DNA of 64,000 nt. It comes from Octopus sinensis (lineage: Eukaryota). Position numbers and translations under genes: made by a program. This document shows, in pieces, positions 36,241-49,636 of the stretch; within the stretch, counting starts at the first letter, position 1, and each line of letters starts with the position of its first letter. The notes below the pieces were generated by a model. It saw only the letters and a list, made by a program, of their open reading frames with translations, made no database searches and had not been told where the DNA came from. The stretch covers positions 16,182,001 through 16,246,000 of the forward strand of contig NC_043001.1 in the NCBI RefSeq assembly GCF_006345805.1, read 5' to 3'.

Positions 36241-37783
36241 TGTGGAGCAAGGGCAGTGAGCTGGCAGAAACGTTAGCACATCGGGTGAAATGCTTAGCGG
36301 TATTTCGTCTGCCGCTACGTTCTGAGTTCAAATTCCGCCGAGGTCGACTTTGCCTTTCATCCTTTCAGGGTCGATTAACTAAGTACCAGTTACGCACTGG
36401 GGTCGATGTAATCGGCTTAATCCGTTTGTCTGTCCTTGTTTGTCCTCTCTGTGTTTAGGCCCTTGTGGGTAGTAAAGAAATAGGTATTTCGTCTGCCGCT
36501 ATGTTCTGAGTTCAAATTCTGGCGAGGTTGACTTTGCTTTTCGTCTTTTCAGGGTCGATTAAATAAGTACCAGTTACACACTGGGATCGATATAATCGAC
36601 TTAATCTGTATGTCTCTCCTTGTTTGTCCCCTCTGTGTTTAGCCCCTTGTGGGTAGTAAAGAAATAGGTACACTCTGTGGAGCAGTTGGCATTAGGAAGG
36701 GCATCCAACTATAGAAAACAAGCCAAAAGAGGCTGGAGCCTGGTGCGGCTCTCTGGCTTACCATTTCCAGTCAAACCATCAAACCCATGCCAGCATGGAA
36801 AACGGATGCTAAATGATGATGACGCTGGAAGGTGGACGTTAAACGACGACGATGATGATGTGGTGGTGGTGGTGGTGTTGGTGGTGGTGGTGGTGGTGAC
36901 AATGAAGATGACTCAGAACACTGCAGCTATTATGTCTTGAAACCTAGTTCTGTAGGGATGGTCTTGTTAAAAAAGCATCAAAATTACTTAATTACAGGGT
37001 TACTTATGCATCCAAGTAAATGAACTGAGCTCACTCCATGACACACATTACAGTATGCAACGTGAGAATAAATTTCCTTTACAATTTGATGCAATATGTT
37101 GTGGAAGTTGTTAAGATAATTTATGAACAGCCTATATATTAAGACTGAAAGGCATCGGTAACTCTCCTTGTCTACCATCACAAAAATAGTTGCTAATTAC
37201 TTGAATTTCATGTACTATTTCAAAGCAATTTGGAAAGCATTTATTTATATTGGCTAATTAGTGTGTATAGATTTTTGTATCGGTAGGTACTTGACTTCCA
37301 TGTAATTTCACATACAAACACACACATGTATGTATATATATATATAAAACAACAGATGTTACATTTTGGAGACATAAGTACTTTAATAGAGGACAAAGAC
37401 CACTCGGCTACATTAATGTTATAGGCAAAAACACACACTGTGAGATTGAGTGACTGCAAAAGCTGATGGTGAATGGCAATTTCTGATGTGGCTTTGTGAA
37501 ATATATATTTCTTTACTACCCACAAGGGGCTAAACACAGAGGGGACAAACAAGGACAGACAAAGGGATTAAGTCGACTACATCGACCCCAGTGCGTAACT
37601 GGTACTTAATTTATCGACCCCAAAAGAAGGAAAGGCAAAGTCGACCTCGGCGGAATTTGAACTCGGAACGTAACGACAGACGAATTTCGTCCGGCGTGCT
37701 AACGTTTCTACCAGCTCGCCGCCTTGTGAAATATATCTTGGTTGTAAATGCTTGAAGAAAAGCTTGAAGCAAAAGTAGATAAT

Positions 37784-38177
37784 AGGCGCAGGAGTGGCTG
37801 TGTGGTAAGTAGCTTGCTAACCAACCACATGGTTCCGGGTTCAGTCCCACTGCGTGGCATCTTGGGCAAGTGTCTTCTGCTATAGCCCCGGGCCGACCAA
37901 TGCCTTGTGAGTGGATTTGGTAGATGGAAACTGAAAGAAGCCTGTCGTATATATGTATGTGTATGTGTTTGTGTGTCTGTGTTTGTCCCCCTAGCATTGC
38001 TTAACAGCCGATGCTGGTGTGTTTACATCCCCGTCACTTAGCGGTTCGGCAAAAGAGACCAATAGAATAAGTACTGGGCTTACAAAGAATAAGTCCCAGG
38101 GTCGATTTGCTCGACTAAAGGCGGTGCTCCAGCATGGCCGCAGTCAAATGACTGAAACATGTAAAAGAGTAAAGAGT
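37784..38177 (+). mobile_element. SINE family A (hosts the left breakpoint of the 5.4-kb duplication)
   Basis: Full-length copy. Its 3' part from CAAAAG (38050) is re-copied at 43448. Confidence 0.92.
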
Positions 38178-39626
38178 ATACAGTTGCTTAATATGAGTGG
38201 AATGTTCTTTCCATTTATGAGTCTATGTTCTTTAATGTGTTATTTCAGAACAGAGAATCATAGAATTCTTATCCTAAAGAAGTAGTAAAGAAATGACAAG
38301 AACGTTCTAATCCATATTAAACAGCTGTATACCTAGTTTTGTTCACCCTTTATATACATACATTCATGTGAGCAGGTTTGGTTGATGGAAACTGTAAGAA
38401 GCTGGCAGAAAATTAGGTGGCAAGCTGGCAGAAATGTTAGCACGCCAGGCGAAATGCTTAGCGGTATTTCGTCTGCTGTTACGTTCTGAGTTCAAATTCC
38501 GCCGAGGTCGACTTTGCCTTTCATCCTTTCGGGGTCGATAAATTAAGTACCAGCTATGCACTGGGGTCGATATAATCGACTTAATCCATTTGTCTGTCCT
38601 TGTTTGTCCCCTTTGCATGTAGCCCCTTGTGGGTAGTAAAGAAATAGATATTTCGTCTGCTGCTACGTTCTGAGTTCAAATTCCACTGAGGTCGAGTACC
38701 TGTTATGCACAAGGGTCGATATAATCGACTTAATCCATTTGTCTGTCCTTGTTTGTTCCCTCCATATGTAGCCCCTTGTGGGCAATAAAGAAATAGGAAA
38801 CTGTAAGAAGCCTGTGTATGTGCGAGTGTGTGTGTGTGTGTTATTGTGTCTTTGCAGTGACATTGTGCATCATCATCATCATCATCATCATTTAACGTCT
38901 GCTTTCCATGCTAGCATGGGTTGGACGGTTTGACTGAGGTCTGGTGAACCAGATGGCTGCACCAGGCTCCAATCTGATCTGGCAGAGTTTCTACAGCTGG
39001 ATGCCCTTCCTAATGCCAACCACTCCGAGAGTGTAGCGGATGCTTTTTACATGCAATGGTCGTAAAAAAGTATCACAGACACACAAGCGGTGTCCTAAAT
39101 TTTCAATCTCCTGTGAAAACATGCCCGGTCATGGGGAAATATTACTTTACTGGGAAACAGGTGAAGGTTGGCAACAGGGAAGGCATCAAGCTGGAGAAAA
39201 TCTGCCTCACCTCAACAAATTCCATGTGACCTATGTAAGCATGGTGAAGTGGACATTAAAACGATGTTGATGACGATGATGATGATAATGATGATGGTGG
39301 TGTATGCATGTGTGTACGTAATTATATACTCTTTTTACTCTTTTACTTGTTTCAGTCTGTGGCCATACTGGAGCACTGCCATTAGCTGAGCAAATCAACC
39401 CCCAGGACTTATTCTTTGTAAGCCTCGTACTTATTCTATTGGCCTCTTTTGTTGAACCGCTAAGTTACAACCAGCATTGGTTGTCAAGTGATGTTGGGGG
39501 GACAAACACAGACACACAAACATATACACACACACACATATACATATATATATACATATATATATACATATATACATACATATATATATACATATATATA
39601 TATATATACATATATATATACATATA

Positions 39627-39657
<31 letters not shown>

Positions 39658-39717
39658 ACATATATACATACATATATATATACATATATATATATACATA
39701 ATATATATATATATATA

Positions 39718-39750
<33 letters not shown>

Positions 39751-39777
39751 CACATATATATACACATATATATACAC

Positions 39778-39808
<31 letters not shown>

Positions 39809-40009
39809 ACGGCTTCTTTCCATCTACCAAATCCACTCACAAGGCTTTGGTCAGCCCGAGGCTATAGTAGAAGACACTTGCCCAAGGTGTCACGCTGTGG
39901 GACTGAATCTGGAACCATGTGGTTCGTAAGCAAGCTACTTACCACACAGCCACTATACAAAGTGTTGGCATAGTAACATGGCTGAAAAGATTACTTCAGA
40001 ATCACATGA

Positions 40010-40815
40010 TTAACTCCTTAGCGTCTAAACCGGTTATATCCAGTCCTGATATTTTATTTGTTTGTGTTTAAATCAGCCAGATTTTGCCTCTCACAAGTAT
40101 CTTACTATGTCATTCTAAAAATAAACAAGTCACATCATTGAAACCTTGAAGCTACAATATAAGCTATCAATAATTCAAAACAATGTGAGTAAATAAGTAT
40201 TACATATGACGAAGTAATCATCATCATCATTTAATGTCCAGTCTCCAAGCTAGCATGGGTTGGACAGTTTGACATGGAACTGGCTAATAGGGAACTGACC
40301 GGATGCCAACAGTCTGTTGTGGTACGGACAGTTTTATGTTTAAACTAGCAGTATCGCCCGGCGTTGCTCGGGTTTGTTTCGACCCTTTAGAATTGGAATT
40401 TTTGAAAAGTAAAAATGTTGCATTATGTCGCTTGTTATTCTCTTTGAGTGAACATTTTTCTGGTTGAAATACATCGAAAAATGGCGACACAGCAGTAAAA
40501 AAATAAGGATTTTCATAGAAAAAAAGCACCTTTTCGATGTAATAATTTTGGTGTAACATGGTCCAATTTGAATTTTTCTTCTACGGAAGGAAGAGCAAGC
40601 CTTCTTCTATTATACTCTCAACTTGCGCCACAGAGTCTCGGAGGAGATAGTGTTAGTTGAAGGCTACCAAACCTGCCATACACAGACAACTTCAGCTTTA
40701 TAGAGAGAGAGATAAACAATCAGATCGAGGAAGCTACAATATAAGCCATCATTAACCCAAAACAATGTGAATAAATATTACATGTGATGAAGTAATCTGA
40801 ATGGTAAAGGGTTAA
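40010..40815. mobile_element. Second TTAA-type MITE, split by a family-D element that itself holds a Helitron
   Basis: TTAACTCCTTAGC...GGTAAAGGGTTAA ends. Three-level nesting. Confidence 0.65.
40345..40712 (-). mobile_element. Non-autonomous Helitron Hel-B (duplicate at ~45666-46034)
   Basis: Reverse complement begins TCTCTC..TATAAAGCTGAAG and ends cccgagcaacgccgggcgatactgCTAG|T. Confidence 0.8.
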
Positions 40816-41151
40816 GGGTTCAGCCCCACTGAGTGGACATTGATGGTTAATGTTTCTATACTATAGCCATGGGTTCACCAATACTTTTAGGTGAAACTGG
40901 TAGACAGTCTGTGTGTGTGTGTATGTCTGTGTGTATTTGTGTGAATGAGTTTATATTTCACCTTATTTGATTGATGAAGCATCGAAAAGTAGACATAATG
41001 AACAATAATGATGATGGTGATAATGATGAAGATATGCATGTAGATATATATGTACATACATAGACACATTTGTACATTCATATGCACGTATGTATGTATG
41101 TATGTATGTATGTATGTATGTGTGTATGCATGTATGCATCTATGTATTATA

Positions 41152-41546
41152 TCTATATATATATATAAAACTAAAGTTGTCTGTGTATAGCAGGTTTGGT
41201 AGCCTTCAACTAACACTATCTCCTCCAAGACCCTGCGGTGCAAGTTGACCAAAATTGAGAGTATGATAGAAGAAGGCTTGTTCTTCCTTCTGTAGAAGAA
41301 AAAAATTCAAATCGGACCATGTTAACACCAAAAATTATTTACATCAAAAAGGTGCTTTTTTTCTATGAAAATCCCTATTTTTTACGATTTTTCTACTGCT
41401 GTGTCGCCATTTTTCCGTGTATTTCAACCAGAAAAATGTTCACTTAAAGAGAATAACAAGCTACATAATGCAAAATTTTTACTTTTCAAAAATTCCAATT
41501 CTAAAGGGTGGAAACAAACCCGAGCAACGCCGGGTGATACTGCTAG
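41152..41546 (+). mobile_element. Non-autonomous Helitron Hel-B (duplicate at ~46470-46861)
   Basis: A|TC start and cccgagcaacgccgggtgatactgCTAG|T end. Confidence 0.8.
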
Positions 41547-41714
41547 TATAAAGATAAAATCAGTTAGTATTAGAGAGGCAAATACAGACTTATTACTTCC
41601 ATATGATTACAGCTGTTTCGTAACCATCTCCACTGAAGTATTATTAATATCAACATTCCCAATTATATACATACATTTTACACCATTATACACGATGCCT
41701 TTGTAGTGTGGTGT

Positions 41715-41890
41715 TTCTCTGGTTGAGTAATGCTGGTGTACATGAGCAATGAGACCATAAATGAACTGAAAGGAAAACTAGGGATCTGAGGGATCGGGTG
41801 TCGGATGTAGTAGAGTATTTTGCATTGGTATGGAGCATGACAATGGGATAAAGAAACGGCAGGTTATTCTGGTGGATCCTCATTGCCATT
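41715..41890 (+). mobile_element. Degenerate RTE LINE fragment (duplicate ~47030-47205)
   Basis: NELKGKLGI*GIGCRM**SILHWYG aligns by eye to the same RTE ORF2 segment as 35690-35880. Confidence 0.55.
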
Positions 41891-42494
41891 CAATGTTTTA
41901 AAATTAGTTTTATAGAATCTTCTTCCAAAATTCCTATTTTGTTTTTCACACATTAACTTGTGTGTGTTGAACTATGTAAAATGTTAGAGAAAGAAACCCA
42001 GCTGTTTCTTCCAATACATACAGCTAAAGCAACATTTTTTCAGGAACCCTTAAAATACTATTGTAGATCCCAAATTTGCTATTTTGTTGCATGGTCCCAT
42101 CAACCCCCCCACCAATCTTATATGGATCTTCAGGGGCCATATAGACTCCAGTTGAGATCCACTGAGTTAGTCAGTTCAACAGGAACTGACAAACCAAAGA
42201 GCTGTGCTGAGATTCAATATCTACTTGGGTATGGTCCTTACAGCTGGATGCCCTTCCTGTAGCTAACCCCTTCACAGAATGTACTAGATGCATTTTTTTT
42301 TTCATGACACCAAGTACCCACAAGACAAGACCCCCTCAACTGTGTATGGTGAGTATTGTACTGAGGGTCAGGAACTGGTGTCTCGTTAAAGAGGTGAATA
42401 TATGTCTTTCCTGCTTGTGTTAGTATGTTAACATTCTGAAAATAGTTATGAACTAAACAAAAACAACCATTACACAAATGCAGTTTCATTTCAG

Positions 42495-42548
42495 GGATGA
42501 TATCAGACAATGAAATAGTAGAGATAACAAATCCTTCGTTGAGTGATG
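42495..42548 (+). CDS. Candidate 54-nt symmetric (phase 1-1) exon of an unidentified plus-strand gene (duplicate 47805-47858)
   Basis: Acceptor gcagtttcatttcAG and donor G|GTAAGT. Open frame (G)MISDNEIVEITNPSLSD. A phase-compatible upstream exon candidate lies at 42315-42348 (YPQDKTPSTVY, donor G|GTGAGT). No recognised homology. Confidence 0.35.
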
Positions 42549-43447
42549 GTAAGTCTTGTAGTAAATATATTACAGATATTACAGTAATGAGGTTGCAAAA
42601 CTTGTGTTCTAGTTACCATTAACCCTTTTATTACCAACCCACCTGAAACCACCTCTGACTCTGTAGTAGAAATGTCTTGTTTACAAAAGTTCTGAATTAA
42701 AATCTTCCGCCAAACCTTAGTCACAATTCATGTTCCTAACACCAGCTTAATGATAATTAAGTTGTTTTACTAAATTCTTTGTTATGTTTAAAATTAATTG
42801 AAAGAAACTGAGAGCATCTCAACAGAAATACAGTAACAAAAGGGTTAACAAACGGTTAATTTAACCCTTTTGATACCAACCCACCTGAAATTAAGACCCC
42901 AGGACTTATTCTTTGTAAGCCCAGTACTTATTCTATCGGTCTCTTTTGCCGAACCGCTAAGTGACGGGGATGTAAACACACCAGCATCGGTTGTCAAGCA
43001 ATGCTAGGGGGACAAACACAGACACACAAATACATATATATATACATATACACGACAGGCTTCTTTCAGTTTCCGTCTACCAAATTCAATCACAAGGCAT
43101 TGGTCGGCCCAGGGCTATAGCAGAAGACACTTGCCCAAGATGCCATGCAGTGGGACTGAACCCGGAACCATGTGCTTGGCAAGCAAGCTACTTACCACAC
43201 AGCCACTCCTGCACCTATATATATATACATATATATATATTATGATGGAAAATGCAGGCACAGGTATGTTAATATTCTTAAGTTATTACATCTGGAAGAG
43301 TACAGAACAAGATTTCTACAGTAGAATTAGCCAAATTCACCACCTCTAAAGGAAACTAAAAAGTACTTAAAATTAAAGATTTTTCAGGAGGGGGCCAGTT
43401 GATTAGATCGACCTCAGTACACAACCGGTACTTAATTTATCGACCTC

Positions 43448-44661
43448 CAAAAGAGACCAATAGAATAAGTACTGGGCTTACAAAGAATAAGTCCCGGGGT
43501 CGATTTGCTTGACTAAAGGCGGTGCTCCAGCATGGCCGCAGTCAAATGACTGAAACATGTAAAAGAGTAAAGAGTATACAGTTGCTTAATATGAGTGGAA
43601 TGTTCTTTCCATTTATGAGTCTATGTTCTTTAATGTGTTATTTCAGAACAGAGAATCATAGAATTCTTATCCTAAAGAAGTAGTAAAGAAATGACAAGAA
43701 CGTTCTAATCCATATTAAACAGCTGTATACCTAGTTTTGTTCACCCTTTATATACATACATTCCTGTGAGCAGGTTTGGTTGATGGAAACTGTAAGAAGC
43801 TGGCAGAAAATTAGGTGGCAAGCTGGCAGAAATGTTAGCACGCCAGGCGAAATGCTTAGCGGTATTTCGTCTGCTGTTACGTTCTGAGTTCAAATTCCGC
43901 CGAGGTCGACTTTGCCTTTCATCCTTTCGGGGTCGATAAATTAAGTACCAGCTATGCACTGGGGTCGATATAATCGACTTAATCCGTTTGTCTGTCCTTG
44001 TTTGTCCCCTTTGCATGTAGCCCCTTGTGGGTAGTAAAGAAATAGATATTTCGTCTGCTGCTACGTTCTGAGTTCAAATTCCACTGAGGTCGAGTACCTG
44101 TTATGCACAAGGGTCGATATAATCGACTTAATCCGTTTGTCTGTCCTTGTTTGTTCCCTCCATATGTAGCCCCTTGTGGGCAATAAAGAAATAGGAAACT
44201 GTAAGAAGCCTGTGTATGTGCGAGTGTGTGTGTGTGTGTTATTGTGTCTTTGCAGTGACATTGTGCATCATCATCATCATCATCATTTAACGTCTGCTTT
44301 CCATGCTAGCATGGGTTGGACGGTTTGACTGAGGTCTGGCGAACCAGATGGCTGCACCAGGCTCCAATCTGATCTGGCAGAGTTTCTACAGCTGGATGCC
44401 CTTCCTAATGCCAACCACTCCGAGAGTGTAGCGGATGCTTTTTACATGCAATGGTCGTAAAAAAGTATCACAGACACACAAGCGGTGTCCTAAATTTTCA
44501 ATCTCCTGTGAAAACATGCCTGGTCATGGGGAAATATTACTTTACTGGGAAACAGGTGAAGGTTGGCAACAGGGAAGGCATCAAGCTGGAGAAAATCTGC
44601 CTCACCTCAACAAATTCCATCTGACCTATGTAAGCATGGTGAAGTGGACATTAAAACGATG

Positions 44662-44692
<31 letters not shown>

Positions 44693-45013
44693 TGGTGTAT
44701 GCATGTGTGTACGTAATTATATACTCTTTTTACTCTTTTACTTGTTTCAGTCTGTGGCCATACTGGAGCACTGCCATTAGCTGAGCAAATCAACCCCCAG
44801 GACTTATTCTTTGTAAGCCTCGTACTTATTCTATTGGCCTCTTTTGTTGAACCGCTAAGTTACAACCAGCATTGGTTGTCAAGTGATGTTGGGGGGACAA
44901 ACACAGACACACAAACATATACACACACACACATATACATATATATATACATATATATATATACATATATACATACATATATATATACATATATATATAT
45001 ATACATATATATA

Positions 45014-45044
<31 letters not shown>

Positions 45045-48000
45045 ATACATATATATATACACACATATATATACACAGATATATACACATATATATACAC
45101 ATATATATATATATATATATATATGCACAACGGCTTCTTTCCATCTACCAAATCCACTCACAAGGCTTTGGTCAGCCCGAGGCTATAGTAGAAGACACTT
45201 GCCCAAGGTGTCACGCTGTGGGACTGAATCTGGAACCATGTGGTTCGTAAGCAAGCTACTTACCACACAGCCACTATACAAAGTGTTGGCATAGTAACAT
45301 GGCTGAAAAGATTACTTCAGAATCACATGATTAACTCCTTTGCGTCTTAACCGGTTATATCCAGTCCTGATATTTTATTTGTTTGTGTTTAAATCAGCCA
45401 GATTTTGCCTCTCACAAGTATCTTACTATGTCATTCTAAAAATAAACAAGTCACATCATTGAAACCTTGAAGCTACAATATAAGCCATCAATAATTCAAA
45501 ACAATGTGAGTAAATAAGTATTACATATGACGAAGTAATCATCATCATCATTTAATGTCCAGTCTCCAAGCTAGCATGGGTTGGACAGTTTGACATGGAA
45601 CTGGCTAATAGGGAACTGACCGGATGCCAACAGTCTGTTGTGGTACGGACAGTTTTATGTTTAAACTAGCAGTATCGCCCAGCGTTGCTCGGGTTTGTTT
45701 CGACCCTTTAGAATTGGAATTTTTGAAAAGTAAAAATGTTGCATTATGGTCGTTGTTTTCTTTGAGTGAACATTTTTCTGGTTGAAATACATCGAAAAAT
45801 GGCGACACAGCAGTAAAAAAATAAGGATTTTCATAGAAAAAAAGCACCTTTTCGATGTAAATAATTTTTGGTGTTAACATGGTCCAATTTGAATTTTTTC
45901 TTCTACGGAAGGAAGAGCAAGCCTTCTTCTATCATACTCTCAACTTGCGCCACAGAGTCTCGGAGGAGATAGTGTTAGTTGAAGGCTACCAAACCTGCCA
46001 TACACAGACAACTTCAGCTTTATAGAGAGAGAGATAAACAATCAGATCGAGGAAGCTACAATATAAGCCATCATTAACCCAAAACAATGTGAATAAATAT
46101 TACATGTGATGAAGTAATCTGAATGGTAAAGGGTTATGGGTTCAGCCCCACTGAGTGGACATTGATGGTTAATGTTTCTATACTATAGCCATGGGTTCAC
46201 CAATACTTTTAGGTGAAACTGGTAGACAGTCTGTGTGTGTGTGTATGTCTGTGTGTATTTGTGTGAATGAGTTATATTTCACCTTATTTGATTGATGAAG
46301 CATCGAAAAGTAGACATAATGAACAATAATGATGATGGTGATAATGATGAAGATATGCATGTAGATATATATGTACATACATAGACACATTTTACATTCA
46401 TATGCACGTATGTGTATGTATATGTATGTATGTATGTATGTGTGTATGCATGTATGCATCTATGTATAATCTATATATATATATAAAACTAAAGTTGTCT
46501 GTGTATGGCAGGTTTGGTAGCCTTCAACTAACACTATCTCCTCCAAGACCCTGCGGTGCAAGTTGACCAAAATTGAGAGTATGATAGAAGGCTTGTTCTT
46601 CCTTCTGTAGAAGAAAAAAATTCAAATCGGACCATGTTAACACCAAAAATTATTTACATCAAAAAGGTGCTTTTTTTCTATGAAAATCCCTATTTTTTAC
46701 GATTTTTCTACTGCTGTGTCGCCATTTTTCCGTGTATTTCAACCAGAAAAATGTTCACTTAAAGAGAATAACAAGCTACATAATGCAAAATTTTTACTTT
46801 TCAAAAATTCCAATTCTAAAGGGTGGAAACAAAACCGAGCAACGCGGGGTGATACTGCTAGTATAAAGATAAAATCAGTTAGTATTAGAGAGGCAAATAC
46901 AGACTTATTACTTCCATATGATTACAGCTGTTTTCGTAACCATCTCCACTGAAGTATTATTAATATCAACATTCCCATTATATACATACATTTTACAACC
47001 ATTATACACGATGCCTTTGTAGTGTGGTGTTTCTCTGGTTGAGTAATGCTGGTGTACATGAGCAATGAGACCATAAATGAACTGAAAGGAAAACTAGGGA
47101 TCTGAGGGATCGGGTGTCGGATGTAGTAGAGTATTTTGCATTGGTATGGAGCATGACAATGGGATAAAGAAACGGCAGGTTATTCTGGTGATCCTCATTG
47201 CCATTCATGTTTTTAAATTAGTTTTATAGAATCTTCTTCCAAAATTCCTATTTTGTTTTTCACACATTAACTTGTGTGTGTTGAACTATGTAAATGTTAG
47301 AGAAGAAACCCAGCTGTTTCTTTCCAATACATACAGCTAAAGCACATTTTTTTCAGGAACCCTTAAAATACTATTGTAGATCCCAAATTTGCTATTTTGT
47401 TGCATGGTCCCATCAACCCCCCCACCAATCTTATATGGATCTTCAGGGGCCATATAGACTCCAGTTGAGATCCACTGAGTTACAGTTCAACAGGAACTGA
47501 CAAACCAAAGAGCTGTGCTGAGATTCAATATCTACTTGGGTATGGTCCTTACAGCTGGATGCCCTTCCTGTAGCTAACCCCTTCACAGAATGTACTAGAT
47601 GCATTTTTTTTTTCATGACCCAAGTACCCACCAGACAAGACCCCCTCAACTGTGTATGGTGAGTATTGTACTGAGGGTCAGGAACTGGTGTCTCGTTAAA
47701 GAGGTGAATATATGTCTTTCCTGCTTGTGTTAGTATGTTAACATTCTGAAAATAGTTATGAACTAAACAAAAACAACCATTACACAAATGCAGTTTCATT
47801 TCAGGGATGATATCAGACAATGAAATAGTAGAGATAACAAATCCTTCGTTGAGTGATGGTAAGTCTTGTAGTAAATATATTACAGATATTACAGTAATGA
47901 GGTTGCAAAACTTGTGTTCTAGTTACCATTAACCCTTTTATACCAACCCACCTGAAACCACCTCTGACTCTGTAGTAGAAATGTCTTGTTTACAAAGTTC

Positions 48001-48805
48001 TGAATTAAAATCTTCCGCCAAACCTTAGTCACAATTCATGTTCCTAACACCAGCTTAATGATAATTAAGTTGTTTTACTAAATTCTTTGTTATGTTTAAA
48101 ATTAATTGAAAGAAACTGAGAGCATCTCAACAGATACAGTAACAAAAGGGTTAACAAACGGTTAATTTAACCCTTTTGATACCAACCCACCTGAAATTAA
48201 GACCCCCAGGACTTATTCTTTGTAAGCCCAGTACTTATTCTATCGGTCTCTTTTGCCGAACCGCTAAGTGACGGGATGTAAACACACCAGCATCGTTGTC
48301 AAGCAATGCTAGGGGACAAACACACACACAAAATACATATATATATACATATACACGACAGGCTTCTTTCGTTTCCGTCTACCAATTCAATCACAAGGCA
48401 TTGGTCGGCCCAGGGCTATAGCAGAAGACACTTGCCCAAGATGCCATGCAGTGGGACTGAACCCGGAACCATGTGCTTGGCAAGCAAGCTACTTACCACA
48501 CAGCCACTCCTGCACCTATATATATATACATATATATATATATTATGATGGAAAATGCAGGCACAGGTATGTTAATATTCTTAAGTTATTACACCTGGAA
48601 GAGTACAGAACAAGATTTCTACAGTAGAATTAGCCAAATTCACCACCTCTAAAGGAAACTAAAAAGTACTTAAAATTAAAATTCTACTGAACTTAAAGTA
48701 TTCTTTTTTACTCTAGGCACAAGGCCCAAGATTGTTCAGGAGGGGGCCAGTTGATTAGATCGACCTCAGTACACAACCGGTACTTAATTTATCGACCTCC
48801 AAAAG
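43448..48805. repeat. Tandem segmental duplication, copy 2
   Basis: Same order of elements as 38050-43447. The junction CAAAAG (43448-43453) is shared with both outer ends (38050-38055 and 48800-48805). Confidence 0.95.
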
Positions 48806-49551
48806 GATGAAAGGCAAAGTCGACCTCGGCAGAATTTGAATTCAGAATGTAAAGACAAATGAAATACATATGAGAGGACAAACAAGGACAGACAAATGGA
48901 TTAAGTCGATTACATCAACCCCAGTGCATAACTGGTACTTAATTTATCGACCCTGAAAGGATGAAAGGCAAAGTCGACCTCGGCGGAATTTGAACTCAGA
49001 ACGTAAAGACTCAAAATACATATTTCTTTACTACCCACAAGGGGCTAAGCACAGAGAGGACAGACAAACGGATTAAGTTGATTATATCGACCCCAGTGCA
49101 TAACTGGTACTTATTTAATCGACCCCGAAAGGATGAAAGGCAAAGTCGACCTCAGCGGAATTTGAACTCAGAACGTAACGGCAGACGAAATAGCGCTAAG
49201 CATTTCCCCCGGTGTGCTAACATTGAACTTAAAATATCGTAGCTGAAAATAGCATTTTAAAAATTTACTATATTTTATTAAAACAACAGAGTGATGAATA
49301 TTTTATTAAGCAATAGAGTGGTGAACAAAGTATCAAATGGTATATGGTTGGTTCTCAATACATCTTGTGGTCAATTCTTTTTGAAGTCAACTTTGCCTTT
49401 CATCTAAATAAAGTACCAGTTAAAGGCTGAGATTGACTTAATCCACTACAACTTTTCTCAAAAATATATGGCATTCAAACTTGGCTTGAAATCATTATCT
49501 ATTTTCAAATGCTAGCCATTCAAAAACACACGGAAACTGTTAACTTCACTT

Positions 49552-49636
49552 AAACATTTATTTATAAGTTGGTGTCAAAATATTCATTGCACCAATGGGT
49601 GTGATGAAAATTTTGGCACCAAATAATAAATGTTTT
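49552..49636. mobile_element. Short mariner-type palindromic MITE
   Basis: aaacatttatt.....ttggtgtcaaaat / attttggcaccaa..aataaatgttt inverted arms, reminiscent of mariner TIR-derived miniature elements. Confidence 0.5.

Larger units (their letters stand above)
38050..43447. repeat. Tandem segmental duplication, copy 1 (~5.4 kb)
   Basis: Colinear, near-identical match to 43448-48805, including unique sequence and nested TEs. Confidence 0.95.
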
